Assembly (NCBI RefSeq): GCF_044324875.1
Contig: NZ_CP172185.1
Strand: one strand, 5' to 3'
DNA: 64,000 bases
DNA from: Escherichia coli
Lineage (GTDB): Bacteria; Pseudomonadota; Gammaproteobacteria; Enterobacterales; Enterobacteriaceae
Shown here: positions 63,600 to 64,000 of the stretch, one piece after another
Numbering within the stretch: the first letter of the stretch is position 1
Layout of the letters: the number at the start of each line of letters is the position of its first letter
Notes under the pieces: model-generated
Databases searched by the model: none
Told to the model about the DNA's origin: nothing
Seen by the model: the letters and a program-made list of their open reading frames with translations, nothing else
Position numbers and translations under genes: made by a program

Positions 63600-64000
63600 T
63601 CAGATAAATGCAAACGCATCGCCAAACAGGCGATCTTCCCGCGCATTACGCTCACTGCAAAACAGATCACGGGCGATTTTCGCCATCTCAAAACGTCCGG
63701 CAATATAGATATCATGCTCTGCCAGCGTACCGTGATCCTGCAATACCGCCGTTAACACAGTGCCAGTACGCCCACGCCAGCCCGCTTCCGGTTGTTCAAC
63801 CACCGGCACCACTTGCAACCCTGGATGCTTAAGCGAAAGCGCCTCAAGCTCGGAGAGATCATAAAGATGCTGCTCTTCACGCCCGCCCCAGTAAATGGTG
63901 ATATCACGGTTTGGGTTACGCGCCAGCGCCGTCAGCAAAATCGAGCGCGCATAAGAGAACCCGGTGCCGCCCGCAATCAAAATCATCGGACGCTCTTCAT
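63600..64000 (-). CDS. fre: NAD(P)H-flavin reductase, 5' end beyond window
   Basis: C-terminal portion ending ...[10 protein letters not shown]; frame continues open to the window edge. Confidence 0.85.
   Translation of the reverse strand, partial: EERPMILIAGGTGFSYARSILLTALARNPNRDITIYWGGREEQHLYDLSELEALSLKHPGLQVVPVVEQPEAGWRGRTGTVLTAVLQDHGTLAEHDIYIAGRFEMAKIARDLFCSERNAREDRLFGDAFAFI

Overview
This window is an Escherichia coli-type chromosomal segment, colinear with what I recall of the K-12 rha-frv-fdo-gln-polA-rrnA-fad region but read in the opposite orientation, with several strain-specific differences. Core genes in order: rhaD (5' partial), rhaM, frvABXR, yiiG, fdhD, fdoGHI (FdoG with an in-frame TGA selenocysteine codon), fdhE, yiiE, yiiD, dtd, rbn, yihL, typA/bipA, glnA-glnL-glnG, yshB, hemN, yihI, csrC sRNA, engB, spf (Spot 42) sRNA, polA, yihG, yihF, dsbA, srkA, yihD, mobAB, a complete rRNA operon on the minus strand (5S, 23S, tRNA-Ala, tRNA-Ile, 16S; rrnA-type with P1/P2 promoters), hemG, trkH, yigZ, pepQ, fadBA and fre (5' partial). 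Accessory content: (1) an IS110-family IS621-like element (bridge-RNA recombinase type) inserted in a REP sequence downstream of fdhE and itself split by a nested IS21-family element (istA/istB); (2) an IS3-family IS1397-like element in the neighbouring REP of the same BIME; (3) a roughly 5.6 kb AT-rich island between yiiE and yiiD carrying uncharacterised small genes, a HigB/HigA-like toxin-antitoxin pair, an alpha/beta-hydrolase esterase and a 604-aa protein with a CX5R phosphoinositide-phosphatase motif (IpgD/SopB-like); (4) an IS1 copy without target-site duplication flanked by truncated yihX and yihM, implying deletion of the intervening yih cluster; (5) a signal-peptide porin gene between rhaM and frvA. 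All coordinates are stop-codon inclusive. No CRISPR array was found. Identifications rest on reading the translated ORFs and recalled reference sequences; no database search was run.
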